A stretch of DNA of 63,355 bases, counting the filler, from Pelomyxa schiedti (Eukaryota > Protista > Evosea): the NCBI GenBank assembly GCA_020536535.1. It is 7 parts of 7 records of this genome, joined end to end, with 100 filler letters (N's around TTAATTAATTAA, not from the genome) between each part and the next. Parts side by side here need not be neighbours in the genome. Positions count along the whole stretch, not along the records: positions 1 to 29,666 come from JAHLWZ010001010.1; positions 29,767 to 36,035 come from JAHLWZ010001434.1; positions 36,136 to 51,482 come from JAHLWZ010000300.1; 4 more parts are not named here. The stretch is one strand, 5' to 3'. The position numbers and the translations under genes are program-made. Position 1 is the first letter of the stretch. Every line of letters starts with the position of its first letter. Of this stretch, positions 23,503 to 37,390 are shown piece after piece. The notes beneath the pieces are model-generated. The model was not told where the DNA came from, ran no database searches, and was given only the letters and a program-made list of their open reading frames with translations.

Positions 23503-25810
23503 ATGTCCATCAACGATGACGATGACTACGGGGCCCCCACGCACCGGGCGGCCCTCCCTGCCACAGCAACAACAGCAACCACGGCAGGGGGGGGCTCCGG
23601 AACTGGGATACAGGCGGGGACGGGGGGGGAGCAGGACGAGGACTACTACGCGGTGCGGTCGCCGCTCATCCGCCCCACCGGCGGGGGCTCGGCCGCGGCC
23701 GTGATAGTGGACAGCGACGTGGTGGCGCGGAGGCAGCGGGGCACGGCCGACGCCACGGGCGTGGCCCTGGCAAAGTCACTCCCTGAGATCAAGACATACA
23801 ACAGCGTGGTTGGGTGGGCCATGACCGTCAACTACATCATAGGTTGTGTGTCAGGGGGGTGCTGTGCTGTGCTTGTATTGTGTTGTAGAGTATAGTATAG
23901 TATGGGCGGTGTGGAATACATACCCATTGTGGGATTAATGTATTACTACTGTACTACTTGAGCCTGGCCTGTGTCGTGTTGGAGTTTTGTGTGAGTTGAC
24001 TCAAGGTATATCCTGTTAAGGTATTGGATCTTTTGGAGTTCCCTATGCTTTTTTCATTGGTGTATGTATGACACTTCCCATTATGGCGTAATTGTGTTCT
24101 ATTCTTACTCTCAGTCTCTTAGGGAATTGCTATGACCCTCATATTTTTAACTGGAAGCGTGGGTCTCATGATGATAACGGGGTTCTACGTTCTTGAAGTC
24201 ATGGCACGTGCAACGGGCGTTGATGCCGCAAACGCTGCTTGTAAAACTGGCACATTAACTCAGGAAAATGGCGATCTTCTGCAGACGAAGCACGCACCTA
24301 AAAATAACCTGGGGTATTGTCCGCATTTACAACAGCACCGTTTTTGACATTCACCAGTTTTGAAAAGTATGACTACGCTCGATTTTGTGAAGTATTTGCA
24401 GGAAAGTGGGGAAAAGTTTTTGCTCTCGTTTGTCTTTGCTTGTATTGCTATGGAATTCTATGGGCATACGCTTCCACCTTGTATGTAATTCCTCGTCTCT
24501 CCTTTAGAGTCACAGAATGGTGTAGTGGGTCTTCACTGGCCATGCTGATCTGGCAGATATTTATAAGAACTGAAACTTGTGATGTACTTATTCATTCAAC
24601 ATAAATACTCTGACCTGAATCACCGCAGGTGTCGTTATCACCCTCAACGGATTGCATGACAACCTACTACTGTTGCATACTTGGACTTGCAATATGTGGA
24701 ATTCCACTTTCATTACTGGAGGTAACCTCTCAGTGGGCATTGCAGTTTGGTCTGACTTTGTATGAGTTATCAGTCTATAATAAGATCTAACTGCTGTTGA
24801 GGTACCGGTTTTTTGCTTTTTCTGTAATGGCAGTGACTTGTGCAATAAATCTCGGTGTTGCGGGACCAATGGACAATCAATATGTGTGGGGATTCAAGTG
24901 GAGTGGATTTGCTGTCAGTTTCACTTCCACGATCATAGCTCAGACAATGCATTACAAGTAATAGTTTCGAAACGAATATGCTAGATCCTAACTTCTTTCC
25001 AGTCTTGCAAGTGCGGTCACCCCTGTTAAAGATAAGCGTTACCTCCGACGTATTGTTGTATTTGCTGAGGCAACAGCATTTTTCTTCAATGTCATGGTCG
25101 GGATCATATGTGCAGTCAACTTCAACTCCACTACGCACAGCTTGATTGTTCTCAACTGGGCAACGTATACCGGCAGACATGGAGGCTGGGGAGCCGGGAG
25201 TACACTGTGGTGGGCTTACATTATACAGGTAATAGGAATCCCAGCACAGTTGCATACTAACTTTTTTGAAAGGCCTTAGTTTTGATATTCCCTGTGATCA
25301 ATATCTTTTCCAACTTTCCTCTTGTGTGTATTACCGTAGGGAACAACATGCACACATTCATACCCACGACATGGTATCCTCGTTTTGGCGGAGTTAAAGT
25401 TACGAGAGGAATATGCCGAGCTATTGCCGCCATTCCTCCCATCATCGCGGCAGCTATTCTTGGTGATTTATCAGGTGTGTTGTCCCCCAAACCAAAATAT
25501 TCATAATTAACTCGTTTCCGTGCAGTTATCTTCACCGTAACCGGTCTATTTGGGTTCTTCCTGGTTTTCTTCATTCCTAGTGCTTTCAACCTTCTCTCAA
25601 AAGTCTACATGAGCAAACACAACCTCCGGGTGAAGACTCCCTACACAGGTTAAACGCACCCGTAGTGATTCATCTTCTAACCAAACACACAAATTCACTA
25701 CAACAGGGTGGTACAGTCACAGAGTTGTAATCATCCTTGTATTGCTAATAGGAGTGTGTGCATTCCTATTCGCACTCATTGATGCATGCAAACCCTCCCT
25801 GTTCAGTTGA
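23503..25810 (+). CDS. TMEM104: Amino-acid transporter, TMEM104-like (Aa_trans family)
   Basis: YNSVVGWAMTVNYIIG.GSFGVPYAF, FYVLEVMARA, LYCYGILWAY, FPVINIFSNFPLVCITVGNN; many TM helices. Confidence 0.78.
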
Positions 25811-25962
25811 GGACCGTACCAGCAACACAGTCCCTCTATGTTTTTTAAAAATTAATAAAATAAAAGAAAGCACTGCTTACAATAAAACATTTCCTTATTT
25901 CCTTGACAAAAGGAAACGTGCACAATAGCCATTGGATAGTGAGGTGTAAATGGTAGTACTAC

Positions 25963-28359
25963 TCATTGTTTTGATGGAAGCAGGACTGTTGGGGCAGAAG
26001 AAAATGATGATGAAGACACGGAGGAGGAGGAGGCAGTGGAGGGAGGGATGGGCAGCAGTGTGAGGGATAGAGAGGGCGAGGGAGATGTGCCCGACGTGGG
26101 AGACGGCGATGGCGACGACGTGGGGGTGCCTCGGGGGGACAGAAGGTAGTGCCGCACTGAGGGGTGTCCACATGAGCACAGCTGTGTATGTATGAATGAT
26201 GTGAGTGAGATATATATCATGACATTTATTAAGGAAGAGAGGTTAGAGAGGGGAATCTCCCCCGGTAATTGTAGAGGATAATGGGTACCCAGGCGGTGTC
26301 CTCTCTCGCGGTGAATTGGGGACAGGAACAGTGGGGGTCCCGGCACTGCGAAGGAGTGAGAATGCGAAGAGAGGGAGGAGTGGTGGGAGAACAGAAGCTT
26401 ACGAATGTGCCTGGATCGTTGGTGCGGTCAGGGGAAGCCGAGCGAGGAAGAAGAACCGGAGGGAATATCGCAGCGTTAGTGGCGGCCGAGTGCGGAAACG
26501 GGAATGTGAGTGCGCCGAGGGAAAGAGGCGGCGGCTTGGGTGAGTGCATTTTCTTGGAGATGGAGGTGGGTGTTGGTGCACTTAGATGTGGCATGTGGCG
26601 TGGCGATGATGCCCCTGGTGGTGAGGGTGATGGAGACATATTCCGGCGTGGAAGCATCTCATAGGAACGCCTTTGCAGGACTTGCTTGATCGGTATTGGG
26701 GGAGTTGACTGAGGAGGTAGTAAGGGAAACAAACATCAGGTAAGGAAGTACCTCGCTTCCACGTGCGGAGGAGGACATAAGTTTTTCGAGGCGTTCTAAA
26801 AGCAGGTGAGAGCGCTGCTGCTCATTTTTTAGTTGGACGCGTGCTTCTTCGTACTGTGTGGTCAGGGTAACCAGAGCGTCAACTGCCGAATTCAACTTCC
26901 ACTGCAACTGTGAGTTTTGTGACTGCAGGCGAGACAGGGTTCTGTTGCAATGTGTGCATGTGCGTATGTGGCTGCAGTGCTCAGAGGGTGGAGATGTGGA
27001 AGGACTGTGTGCAGTGGGCAGGTTTGGTTGCTTCTTTGAAGTGCTATCTGGGGAAAAAAAATAAATATACGCAGCAACCACTGGTAGAAATTACCTTTAT
27101 GAGCAAAGCATACAAGCTGTCCTGATGAAGCAAAGGGAACGCACTGAAGATCTTCTTGTGGAATACCTGGTTGTATTTTTTGAGCGGTAAGGTAGTCTTT
27201 CACAGGCAAGAGGTGCTAACCAAGTTTCCGAGAACAATAAGACAAAATATCTTCATCATCTTTGCCGCTATCCGCGCCATCAGTACCGCTGTTGCTGCGT
27301 GGCTTACGGTTCCCCTCGCTCCCGGGCTCATCGGCATCTTGGTCATCCAATGGTGACCGACTTCCATTCCAGTCACCAGTGCCGATCATCCCAAGTTCGT
27401 ACTCGTCGTCCAGTTCTTCCTGTTCGTCATCTGCAGCTCACATTAGTGTATAGTTAAGGCATGGAATTCATACCAGAAATGTACTCTGAAGAAATCCCGT
27501 GGACGCAGTGGTGCTCGTTATCCCATTGGTTGGCAGGTCTGTACATATTAACATTGTCCTGCTCGTCCCTATTCCTTTCCCCTCTGCTGCAATCCCGAGT
27601 TTGTGGTTGTTTTTCCGATGCCGGTTCCGCATCATTGCACCTGGCGCTACTATTACAAGCAGTTGTGCCAATAGTGACAGCGTCAATTTTTTCTGCAGCC
27701 CTCTCTCCAGCAGTGTTTGTGGTTGTGGTTGTGGTTGTGTTGACAGGCACCAAGCCACCACTACCACCACCACCGTTGTTGCTGTTGCTGCTGTTGTTGG
27801 TTGTGGTTGTGGTGGGGGTGGTGCCTGTGGACGATGATTCAGACGACGGCGGTGATGGCGATGATGATGAAGGGGAGAATGACCTGAATCCCCTGCGGGT
27901 CCTTCTTCTGCATTCCCCGCTACCTTCGTCGCCGCCGCCGCCGCCCTCCTCGCTGCCTCTGTCCTCGTTGTAGTCGGGGTCGCGGTGGCGACGTGAGATG
28001 CCGCCGCCGCCGCCGTCACCGTCGGCACCACCAGGGTATGTCGCTGAATCACCTGCTGTGCCTGGCGTCACCCCACCACCGCCACCACTTTGGTTGGTGT
28101 CACTGTGCTTCGCCGGAACCCCTGCGTTGTTGTCCTCCTCCTCCTCGTCGTTGTTGTTGTTGTTGCTGGTTGTGGGGATTGTGTCGTCGAGGCTCATTGT
28201 GTGGCGGTGGCAGCGGTTCCTGACACCGACGGGGGGTTCGCTGTCATTATAGTCGTCTGCACCTCCAATGCGGAAGCAGGCGACGCCCAGCCCACCGATT
28301 ATGGGTGTTGTTGTCGTACTTGCTGCTGCTGTTGCCTGTTGTTTGGTTGTCGTTGTCAT
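25963..28359 (-). CDS. Low-complexity coiled-coil protein with C-terminal Cys/His motif, function unknown
   Basis: Chain of open exons; coiled coil at ~26780-26940; spliced CRDPHCSCPQF...W|LCSCGH putative Zn-binding motif. Confidence 0.6.
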
Positions 28360-28471
28360 TCGCGAACCAAAACGGTTCGTCGTCAACAATACCGGGAACT
28401 CAACGATCTTTGGGGTTTAATAATTAGAAATTTAGACTGATTAAGGAGTCCCGAAAATTGAATGAGAGAGA

Positions 28472-29211
28472 AAAGTGATGTTCCCCTCACACCACAACTG
28501 GCCTTACACCAGGGAACTTGAGCAGGTTTGTGCCCCTTCCCCCGCCCTCTGCTCACATCCTTTCAGCTCATCGAGGGAATGATGAATCCGGAATTCTCAG
28601 CCAGACCGACGGCCGTGCAGCTTCTACAAACATCGGCTGCTTGTCCCGTACGTCACAGACAGCCGGACCGCGCAGCTCGTGCATGTCACCAGGCACCTGG
28701 AATTTTCCAGCCGAACACCCGTTGCACCGACAGCAACCACATCCACAGTCACACAACCAACCACGCCAGAAACGCCCTCACACCCGGCTACACCGCAAGT
28801 GCTGTCACCCACTCCATCCCCTCCTCAGACTCCCACTCATCCTTCCACTTCCTACCCCCTTCCTAACCACAACTTGTAAGGCCCCAGGAGGCAAAATGAA
28901 TTTATTATACGTTCTTTGTGGCCTTCTGGCGCTTCTTGCTTTCTCGGTGCTTTTTATTTTTCTTTTTTTTCGCCTCTCCAGTCTTTAGGCGATTGTGTAA
29001 TTTGGGAATTCCCCTGGATAGCATTACTTATTGGTCAAAGACGAGAAGATGGCACCTGTGGAGGTGAGTTCTATGTTCAGTACAGGCAGGTCATGAATAT
29101 CAGCAAAGCAATCTACATGAGTGCAATCAATATCCGCGCAAAGAAAGCGCAACTGTTCAGTTTCAATGCCACTGCCATCAAAGATGTATGAAAAAGCGGA
29201 ACATAATACTA
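28472..29211 (+). pseudogene. Inverted partial duplicate of the Wee1/Myt1 3' end and downstream DNA (source ~7320-8357)
   Basis: Near-identical reverse complement retaining the last intron, with substitutions, a frameshift near AVQLLQ and two deletions. Confidence 0.9.
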
Positions 29212-29666
29212 GATTATGTTCCGCTTTTTCATACATCTTTCGGTGCTACACGTTTGTTCGACTGGGCGAATGAAGAAAAACCCCCAACAGCAGGAATCAA
29301 GAAAACTGGCTGGACAATGAGGATACTGACGGAGCTGTTCCTGAGGGGGCAAGGGTCTTGGTTTGCTTGATTTAAGCCCACACATCCCCCGATCGTAATC
29401 GTGAACAAAATCAAGTGGTTGAGAAAGGCACCATTACTTTTGTATGACTCATAATGAGAGAGCTACAGATTTTTTTAAAAAGTGCGGGCCAACTCGCGAT
29501 TTTTGAAACTTTTTTTTTTCCCCCCTTAAACTTTGGAGGGGATAGGCTCCGCTCCCTGGGGACAGTTTCCAGGGGGAGGTTCCCAGTCGTCATCGCCTCG
29601 GAGAGCTCTACAAACTCATGTCCGCAAAAATTAAAAAACCAATATAAACAGAGACTGAGCTCTGTT

Positions 29667-29766
29667 NNNNNNNNNNNNNNNNNNNNNNNNNNNNNNNNNN
29701 NNNNNNNNNNTTAATTAATTAANNNNNNNNNNNNNNNNNNNNNNNNNNNNNNNNNNNNNNNNNNNN
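29667..29766. other. Artificial contig spacer (also 36036-36135, 51483-51582, 55108-55207, 59918-60017, 61477-61576)
   Basis: Identical N-run TTAATTAATTAA N-run cassette with stops in all six frames. Confidence 0.98.
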
Positions 29767-29896
29767 ATCTGCATCGGACCACGTGATGACCGGATCTGGG
29801 TCCCGTATGTCATAAATTCGCGTTCTGGTATCACATGCTCCACTCACGAATTCATTTGGGTTGCTGGGGCTAACGGCCACCGTCATCACGTCACCC
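29767..29896 (-). CDS. G-protein beta-like WD40 exon (truncated by contig end)
   Basis: GDVMTVAVSPSNPNEFVSGACDTRTRIYDIR resembles the G-beta GDVMSLS..FVSGACD repeat; upstream exons not resolved. Confidence 0.6.
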
Positions 29897-30397
29897 TGTG
29901 GGGAATGGTGTGTTTTTAGACTGGCCACACAGTCATTTTTCGGGTTCTGTTCTTACATTTGCACCGATGCTAAGGAGGCGGATCGACGACACCTTGTCTG
30001 GCGGAGGTCAACGTTGGCCTGTGTGCCCCTTGGTGAGAAATTCAGTAAGGATCCTCCACAACATCTGAGGGGTGAACTTTGTGAAATTTTTTTTTGTTCC
30101 CCACCTGCCCCGTACGACAGAAGATAGGAAATACGTGACACAAACACGCCAGAGGATGTGCTGATGACGGGTTCGAGAGTGTAGGCTGGGAGACAAACAG
30201 CGGGCTCATGCTGGCCATTCCAGAAAAGAAGGTGACAAACCATAAAAACAAACTTTGTGAAAAAGAAAACAACTTCGCCAAGATTATGCATCGTGCAACA
30301 TCGGAGCAGGCCTTGAGACTACGAGTTGAGTCGGATTTTATGTTGTTGTGGCCGATGTGTGCTCGTTAGTTTAATTAAAGCGTGTGGGAGTAGACTT

Positions 30398-33300
30398 ATG
30401 GGTGCGGCACCACACACCACACAGGCACATGTTTGCGCATTGAGACACCTTGTGAGAAACTGCTCCGTGCCTCCATTGGTTTTATCTGCCGTTGGACCAC
30501 CAATTGCTCCAAGTGGTGTGAATTCCACGCTCAACACCCAGTGTTGTTCACAGTCAATCACCTCAGAAGATACTGACGACCACGCAAGCACACAAACACA
30601 CGCAGCCAGTGTCAGTGCCAGTGCACCGCCGACCCAACAAGTTCAATGTCATCAGGATCATGACCCTGGGTGCGGAGGGACTGACACGAAGCAATTGTGC
30701 ATGGAAAGGGACCAGAGGGTCAATTCAAGAGTGCAAAATAGGCTGCTGGAACTGCAATGTGAGATTCGCCTGGCATATGTTGTGGGGTTTTTTTTTTCTG
30801 GACTAAATCCAAATGGCAGCGAACTATCTGTCATTTCAAGACCAACGAGCTGTCAGATGTGACATTGAAATGAGAATGTTAAAGGTGTTTCTGTGTGATA
30901 TAGACTTAGTCTCGCCTCACGCAATTGTGCAGCTTCTTTCTGTACAACAACAATGTAGAGTAACTGTACTGACACAAATAAACCGATTGAGGGAATGTCT
31001 GCGTACACCTCCAGTCAATTTTTTCCATTTTCCAATTTCTGATGTACTTTCCTAAAAAAATCTCTCTTCCACTCACTTCTCAAGCAATCCTTTGGTGATC
31101 AAGGCATTCAAAAGAAACCAGAAATGGATGCACATTTTTCTCATGGGTGTGTCAAAAATCAGTTGCATTTTACTGACACTCTTAAAATAATAGAAAGAGG
31201 GATAGCAATGACTCTGTTAAGCCACCATATGTGTACACAACCAACTCTCCTCAGCTGGTCAATTGTAGATCAATTGTTGGTGAAGAAAGGAAAGTAACCT
31301 TCGCGCCTGCACTTTTCCAGGAGCTTTTTGCTTTCTTCGAAAAGAAAAAAGTATCTGTAAGTAATTTCTTGATTGTACCTGACCCTGCACAAGGAGACAC
31401 AGAAGTTACATACTGCAGCATGTGATAAATTCAAGCAAGACTTTGACAAATTTTGGAAAGAAAAAACCAGGAAACAAATCACAGAAAGAGAGAAGAGGCT
31501 CAAAAGTCTCAAGGTTTGTTCTTTTGAAAGCATGCAAAATTTTCCATTAAATTCCTTCAGACTGAAAAACCTTCAGAATACCAAGATGAAATTGAGAAAG
31601 CCAGAAAAGATCGCTTGAATAAACTATTACAGAAAACTGAAGATTGGTTCAGTCAAGTGCAATGTGCTATTGAAAACGAAAGGGTGAGACCTCACTCCTT
31701 CTACTTGTTTCGAAACTTCCTGTTATTAGAACACTGCTGAAGAAGAAACTAAGACGTCTGAAGAACCTTCCTCAACCCTGACAGTAACTACAAACCCGAA
31801 CACAACCACAACCACAACCACAACCACAAATACAACTACTGTCACATCACCTGGAGATTCTTCTCTTGATGCATCTTCAACCACATACTACACTAGAGCA
31901 CACTCTGTAGTTGAAACAATACACCAGCAGCCCACCATGTTAACTGGTGAATTACGAGAATATCAGCTCACTGGCCTGCAATGGCTTGTATCCCTATACA
32001 ACAATAAACTCAATGGTATTCTGGCAGATGAAATGGGGTTGGGAAAAACAGTACAGGTAATTCAATGTTCTCTCTTTTTTTTCGTAACGGGTTTCTCCAT
32101 GATTAAGGCAATAGCTCTATTGTGCTATCTCATGGAAAAAAAGGGTGAAAACGGGCCCCATCTCATCATTACCCCTTCCAGGTTTGAAACAAGACAAAAA
32201 AAAGCCAAGATCCACTTATCGTTTTATAATTTCACAGTACCGTGGAAAATTGGTACAAGGAATTCCTGAAATGGGCGCCAGGAGTCAAAGTATTAAAGTT
32301 TTCTGGTGCACCTACTGAAAGGAAACTATTGGGCAAACAGATAACACAAAACCCTAAGCCCTTCCATGTTTTACTGACAACTCCAAGGTGACTTCTCATT
32401 ATCAATATCCTCAGTTATGAACCTAACACTCAATTCACAAGTTTTGTACTATCTGATAAGCTCTCCGACAAACCTTTGAAGAGAGTTAAATGGAGTTTCT
32501 TTATTGTTGATGAAGGGCATAGGGTAAGTGAATCAGCAGTCAACATAAAATGAATAAATTATATGTGAAATAGTTGAAGAATCGACAAAGCAAATTATCG
32601 AAAGTTATGCGGCAGTATACGTCTAAGCATAGACTGCTTCTCACTGGGACTCCGATTCAGGTTCGACTCACTATTTGTAACCTGAAACTAATGAATGGCA
32701 GAACGATTTAAGTGAACTTTGGTCTTTACTGAATTTTCTTGATCCAGAAATTTTCAACTCTTCACCAAATTTTACCCAATGTATTTGCAGTGGGACTTTC
32801 CTTCATAAAATAATTCTCTTAGGGTTCAATGCCCCATTCTCCGGAAATAAAAAGAATGAACAACCTCTTGGGGCACTTTCTCCAGAAGAAGAGAAACAAA
32901 TCATTGATAAACTGCACCAAGTTTGTCCCTCATTTCATGGTAGAATTTTAACCTTGAAAAGGTCTTGAGACCTTTCATTCTTCGAAGAATGAAGAAAGAT
33001 GTGGAAACTCAAATGCCAGAAAAAATAGAAATTGTACTTCAAAGCCCGTTGTCAGCTTTACAACTGTCGTATTATAAGCAAATGACATTAACCAATACAC
33101 TCACCATTGACCCAAGCGAGCCAATGTACAAAAAGCCGTTTGGAATAGACCTCACAAAATCATAGGAAAAACTACAATGTGAAGACAATGAAATTCAATA
33201 ATCCAACAATGCACTACCAAAAGATTTGCAACCATCCCTACCTCTTCCATAATGTACTTCACTTTCTTTTCGTGATGCTTTCTAATGCACTGTTAGGCCT

Positions 33301-35753
33301 ATAGAAAGGGTAAGAAAAGTTAACTCCCCACGAAACTTTTCAAATGATGTTGCAGATGAGAACATTGTGAGGGCCAGTGGAAAATTTGATCTTTTGGACC
33401 AAATTCTGAAGAAGATGATTGCATCCAATCATAGAGTTAGTTTCTCTTCGTTGCCCCCACAATAACAACCAGACTCATACTGACCATAGGTGCTAATTTT
33501 CTGTCACATGACGCAAGTCATTGACATAATGAAAGATTATTTTGCTCTTCGGCCATGGGCTGACCAATACCTGGTTTTGGAAGGCAATACCAAAACTGAA
33601 ACACGAGGGACATTAGTTGATCTCTGGAATGCTCCTGACTCTACATATGTGATATTTGTACTTAGCACCCATGCTGGTGGTCTTGGTATGATGTAACACC
33701 GACAACTAGATGTGACATTGGGGTAGGTCTGAACCTGCAAACTGCTGATACAGTGGTCATCTTTGACACTGATTGGTGAGTTCACTGAACAACACAGCCA
33801 TCTCTTTCTCACAATCCTTCTGTAAATAAGGAACCCACAAATGGACCTTCAGGCTCAGGTTTCCTATCACAAGTTTTCGTGTCTATAATAAATGACACAA
33901 TTTCAACGTAAAAACAGGATCGCTGCCACAGGATTGGTCAGCGCAAAGAGGTCCTCTAATATATTCGAACTTTGACGAATTCACAATTGAGGACAGGTCA
34001 GAGTTTTCAGACTTGTGACACCCAGCACCATTGAAGAAGAAATTTTGAAGAGAGCGAACAGCAAACTGAACATGGAAGAAAAAGTAATCAAAGCAGGAAT
34101 GTTTAATCAAGTTTCTACCCCATCCATGAGAAGGGAAGAATTGGTAACTTTACAACTCGTTAAGTTCACTTACACTTACCCTGGAAAAAAGGAGAGGCTC
34201 CTTGCTAAACATTCAGCAGCCGAGACTCCAGCTGAAACGGGAGAAGTTCTTAATGAATCCCTTGCAAGAACAGCGGAAGAATTTGATTTATTTCAAAATA
34301 TGGGTATTGTCAATTGACAAAACTTCTATCGTTAATATATAACAGATGCAGCAGACCCGCCACAAAACCGGTTGGTCACAGCCCAGGAATTACCCGAGGA
34401 GCCTGTTCTTCCAAACAAGCAAGAAGAAGTAGAATATCCTGTAGGGGCTGTACAACAATTTTCTTACCAGTATCTCAAAGGAAAATGTGGATGGAGTGCG
34501 GAGAAAGAGGCACAGTGCAATCAGAGCCACTGCAGCTTTATTAGCCAAAAGGCCTAGAATAGCGCATGACGTATGACATAATACAATCACAATTGCCTTA
34601 TTTGCGTGAAGGAGACAATGCCAAGTGAATCAAGCGAGTACCAACCTGACCTTGATAGTGCTATCGTTTCAGGTAAAACCATCCCAAAGAAAGAGTCTGC
34701 AAATCAAAACATTCCCATCAAAAGAGGTACAAGAACTTGATGAAGGTGGCAGTGAAGAGCAAGTTAAGAGTCCATGCCCTGCCAATCCCAAACGCCACTC
34801 CCACCCACAACAACACCGCCCCCACCTGCACCAAGACAACATACAAACTCCGGCCAACAATGATTTTCCATCGAAATGTCATGCAATATGGCAGCAAGTA
34901 GTTGTAAGCTTCCTCCATTTTAATGGGTACTTGTAACAAGCTGCAGAACGCCCGGGATGCATCAGGAAGAAAAAGGGCCATACAGTTTATGGAACTTCCA
35001 AATCCTAAAGAGTGGCCGATATACTACAAGGTGCATGAGTTTTCTTCAAGACTTACCCAATATTCCTCCGCAGTTTATAAAGCAGCCAATATGCTTCCAA
35101 GAAATTCAAAAAAGGAATTACAAAGACACAGCAGGTCTAGCATCCGACTATTTTCTCCTCTTTCGAAACGCGATGGAGTTCAACCAGGAGGGCTCTCAAA
35201 TTTTCATTGATGCCATTGAGCTCCAGGTTACACAAAAAACGATTCCCGACAAACAAATCCCCCTAACCCAGACCCAATTCCTCAGACGGTTTTCTCGAGT
35301 GAATTCGAAGCTCAATTCGGAATTCCCCCACCTCAGCCCAGCACGGCAATCAAGCCGCAGCCGGCACCCACAACGTCAGCAGCCTCCCAGCCACAAATGA
35401 CCAGAACACCTGAGCACACATCACCACTCAAACCCAATTCAGCCAACACCAGCCCTTCTGCCCCACGCACGAACCCGCATCATCTACCCCTGCAACAACC
35501 ACCGCAATCACTACAACCGCAAACCAACAATCACCATCCCGTTAAGATACAACAACAACAACCACAACCACCCCCGCAGCCGCAATCACAGCCGCATCCA
35601 CAACAAGCGCAGAGTTCCTACCCCATCCCGCACTTGTCCCCAGTACCACCAACCCCACCAGTGGCTGCTCCCACATCGACAGATGACTTTGGATTCAACC
35701 AAATAGACCCCGACTCCCCTCTGGAAGCCATTGACACTCTCGACTGGAGCTAG
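30398..35753 (+). CDS. SNF2/Brahma-type chromatin-remodelling ATPase with C-terminal bromodomain
   Basis: [80 protein letters not shown]; bromodomain [18 protein letters not shown]. Confidence 0.92.
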
Positions 35754-35901
35754 AAACTAGTTTCTCTGCTCGCACTCAGATGGGGACGTTGTTGGCACAG
35801 CCACTTCACCATTGCCATTTGATCAATTGTCTTCACCAACTTGGCCGCATCCGTTTTTTTTTTTTTTTTAAAAACCAACAACACGACGCTTGAACCAACC
35901 G

Positions 35902-36035
35902 ATGACGTACGCCCCGCGTGGTGACTGCGTTGGTGGTGGTGACGGCGTTTTGTGCGGGGTGTGCATGGACACGTACCGCGACCCAGTGTTCCTCGAGTGC
36001 GGCCACACAGTCTGCCGCCGCTGCGCCCTCACCAC
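35902..36035 (+). CDS. RING-finger protein N-terminus (truncated)
   Basis: CGVCMDTYRDPVFLECGHTVCRRC, C3HC4 pattern. Confidence 0.8.
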
Positions 36036-36135
36036 NNNNNNNNNNNNNNNNNNNNNNNNNNNNNNNNNNNNNNNNNNNNTTAATTAATTAANNNNNNNNN
36101 NNNNNNNNNNNNNNNNNNNNNNNNNNNNNNNNNNN

Positions 36136-36935
36136 TGTCAAAGTGAATGGTTTGGTTCACGAAAAGATGAACAAGAGCAGCACAGATATCCCTTGAATAC
36201 TTGTGAACAATGGGCCACGGTGTGGTGCCAAGTTTTGCAGCCGTGGTGTTGATGCGCCTTGACAATTGTTCCAATGTCTCAGAGTGATGCTCGAGGACAA
36301 CCCACACACATGCATGCATCCTCTTCTGAACTGGGTCGAAGGCCAGCTCCTTGGCCGCTGGTGGGAGGTGGTTGTAATACTCTTGTGGGATGCGGTCTGT
36401 GAAGTGACAGAAGTATCGGTTGACGTTTGGATGTGGTTCCAACGTGGAAGACACAATGTATTCATTCTGTTACGAAGGAGAAGAAACAAAAAGCAATGTA
36501 AATAAAACTCCCCAAGGATGCGATTACCTCAAAGGCATTCTGAACATTTCTAGTTGCGACACCATAATTGAAAAGAGCCTTGAGGACGTACGACTGGTCC
36601 CTGAACAACACAGGGTGCCCCTCCCCAACGCACTTCACCTCGTAAACAATCCCTGATGTCATCGCACCCGTGATGGTGGTATCATTTTGTAGTCAGTAAA
36701 AATGATAATGGTTTTAACACGCGAGCACACCGTTGCAACCGTGTGAGATGCATCTCACGAGCCTGAAGTTGGTGGACACGACCACGCTCCCCGACGAGTT
36801 CTGCACGTCGTCGATTGTGGCGGACTCACCCAGCCTCGTGAAGAACGCGTCGCGATCGCGGATGGATCTCTGGAACTCGTCGTAACCAACAACGACACTC
36901 GGCGCTGTTGGCGTGCTTGGCCAACTGTTCCCCAT
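36136..36935 (-). CDS. PINK1-like Ser/Thr kinase, copy A (3' truncated at contig end)
   Basis: MGN start; SHGCNGIVY, YVLKALFNY, LEPHPNVNR, WVVLEHHSETL, IHFD. Confidence 0.7.
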
Positions 36936-37390
36936 TTTGTTTTTAATGGCCGATTTCGTGTAAGAGGAAGGTAACTGTGATTCCCCTTTTCGGGAAGTCA
37001 TCACTTTCACATCATCCCCACGCGTTGCCCCCTCGTGGTGGACGAGTCATTTCTTCAGGATGTAGCTGCGCTCATGTTGGTCTTGTAACTCTTTGGGCGA
37101 TAGGGTTCGTAGTATTGTCGGCGAGTCATCACTGTTGATGTCTTCTGCGAAGCGCCAGTTATGTCGTTCACAACGTTACACACTCACAATTGCTCTTGTG
37201 AAGAATTTTCCTTTGCTGTTCTCACTCTTGATCTCCGTGTATTGTTTTGGTGTTTTTCCTTTCTTTTCACTCAAGGCACAAAAAGGCGGTAACAGGTGAC
37301 CTTGGAGACATGGAGCCGAACAGTTCGACTCTGTATTCATTCATAATAAAACAAAACACCTGTATGTGTCTTTCAACTGTGTTGCTGACC

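Noticed and set aside
29667-29766. Recurrent TTAATTAATTAA flanked by N runs (six copies)
   Set aside because: Artificial six-frame-stop linker; adjacency across it has no biological meaning
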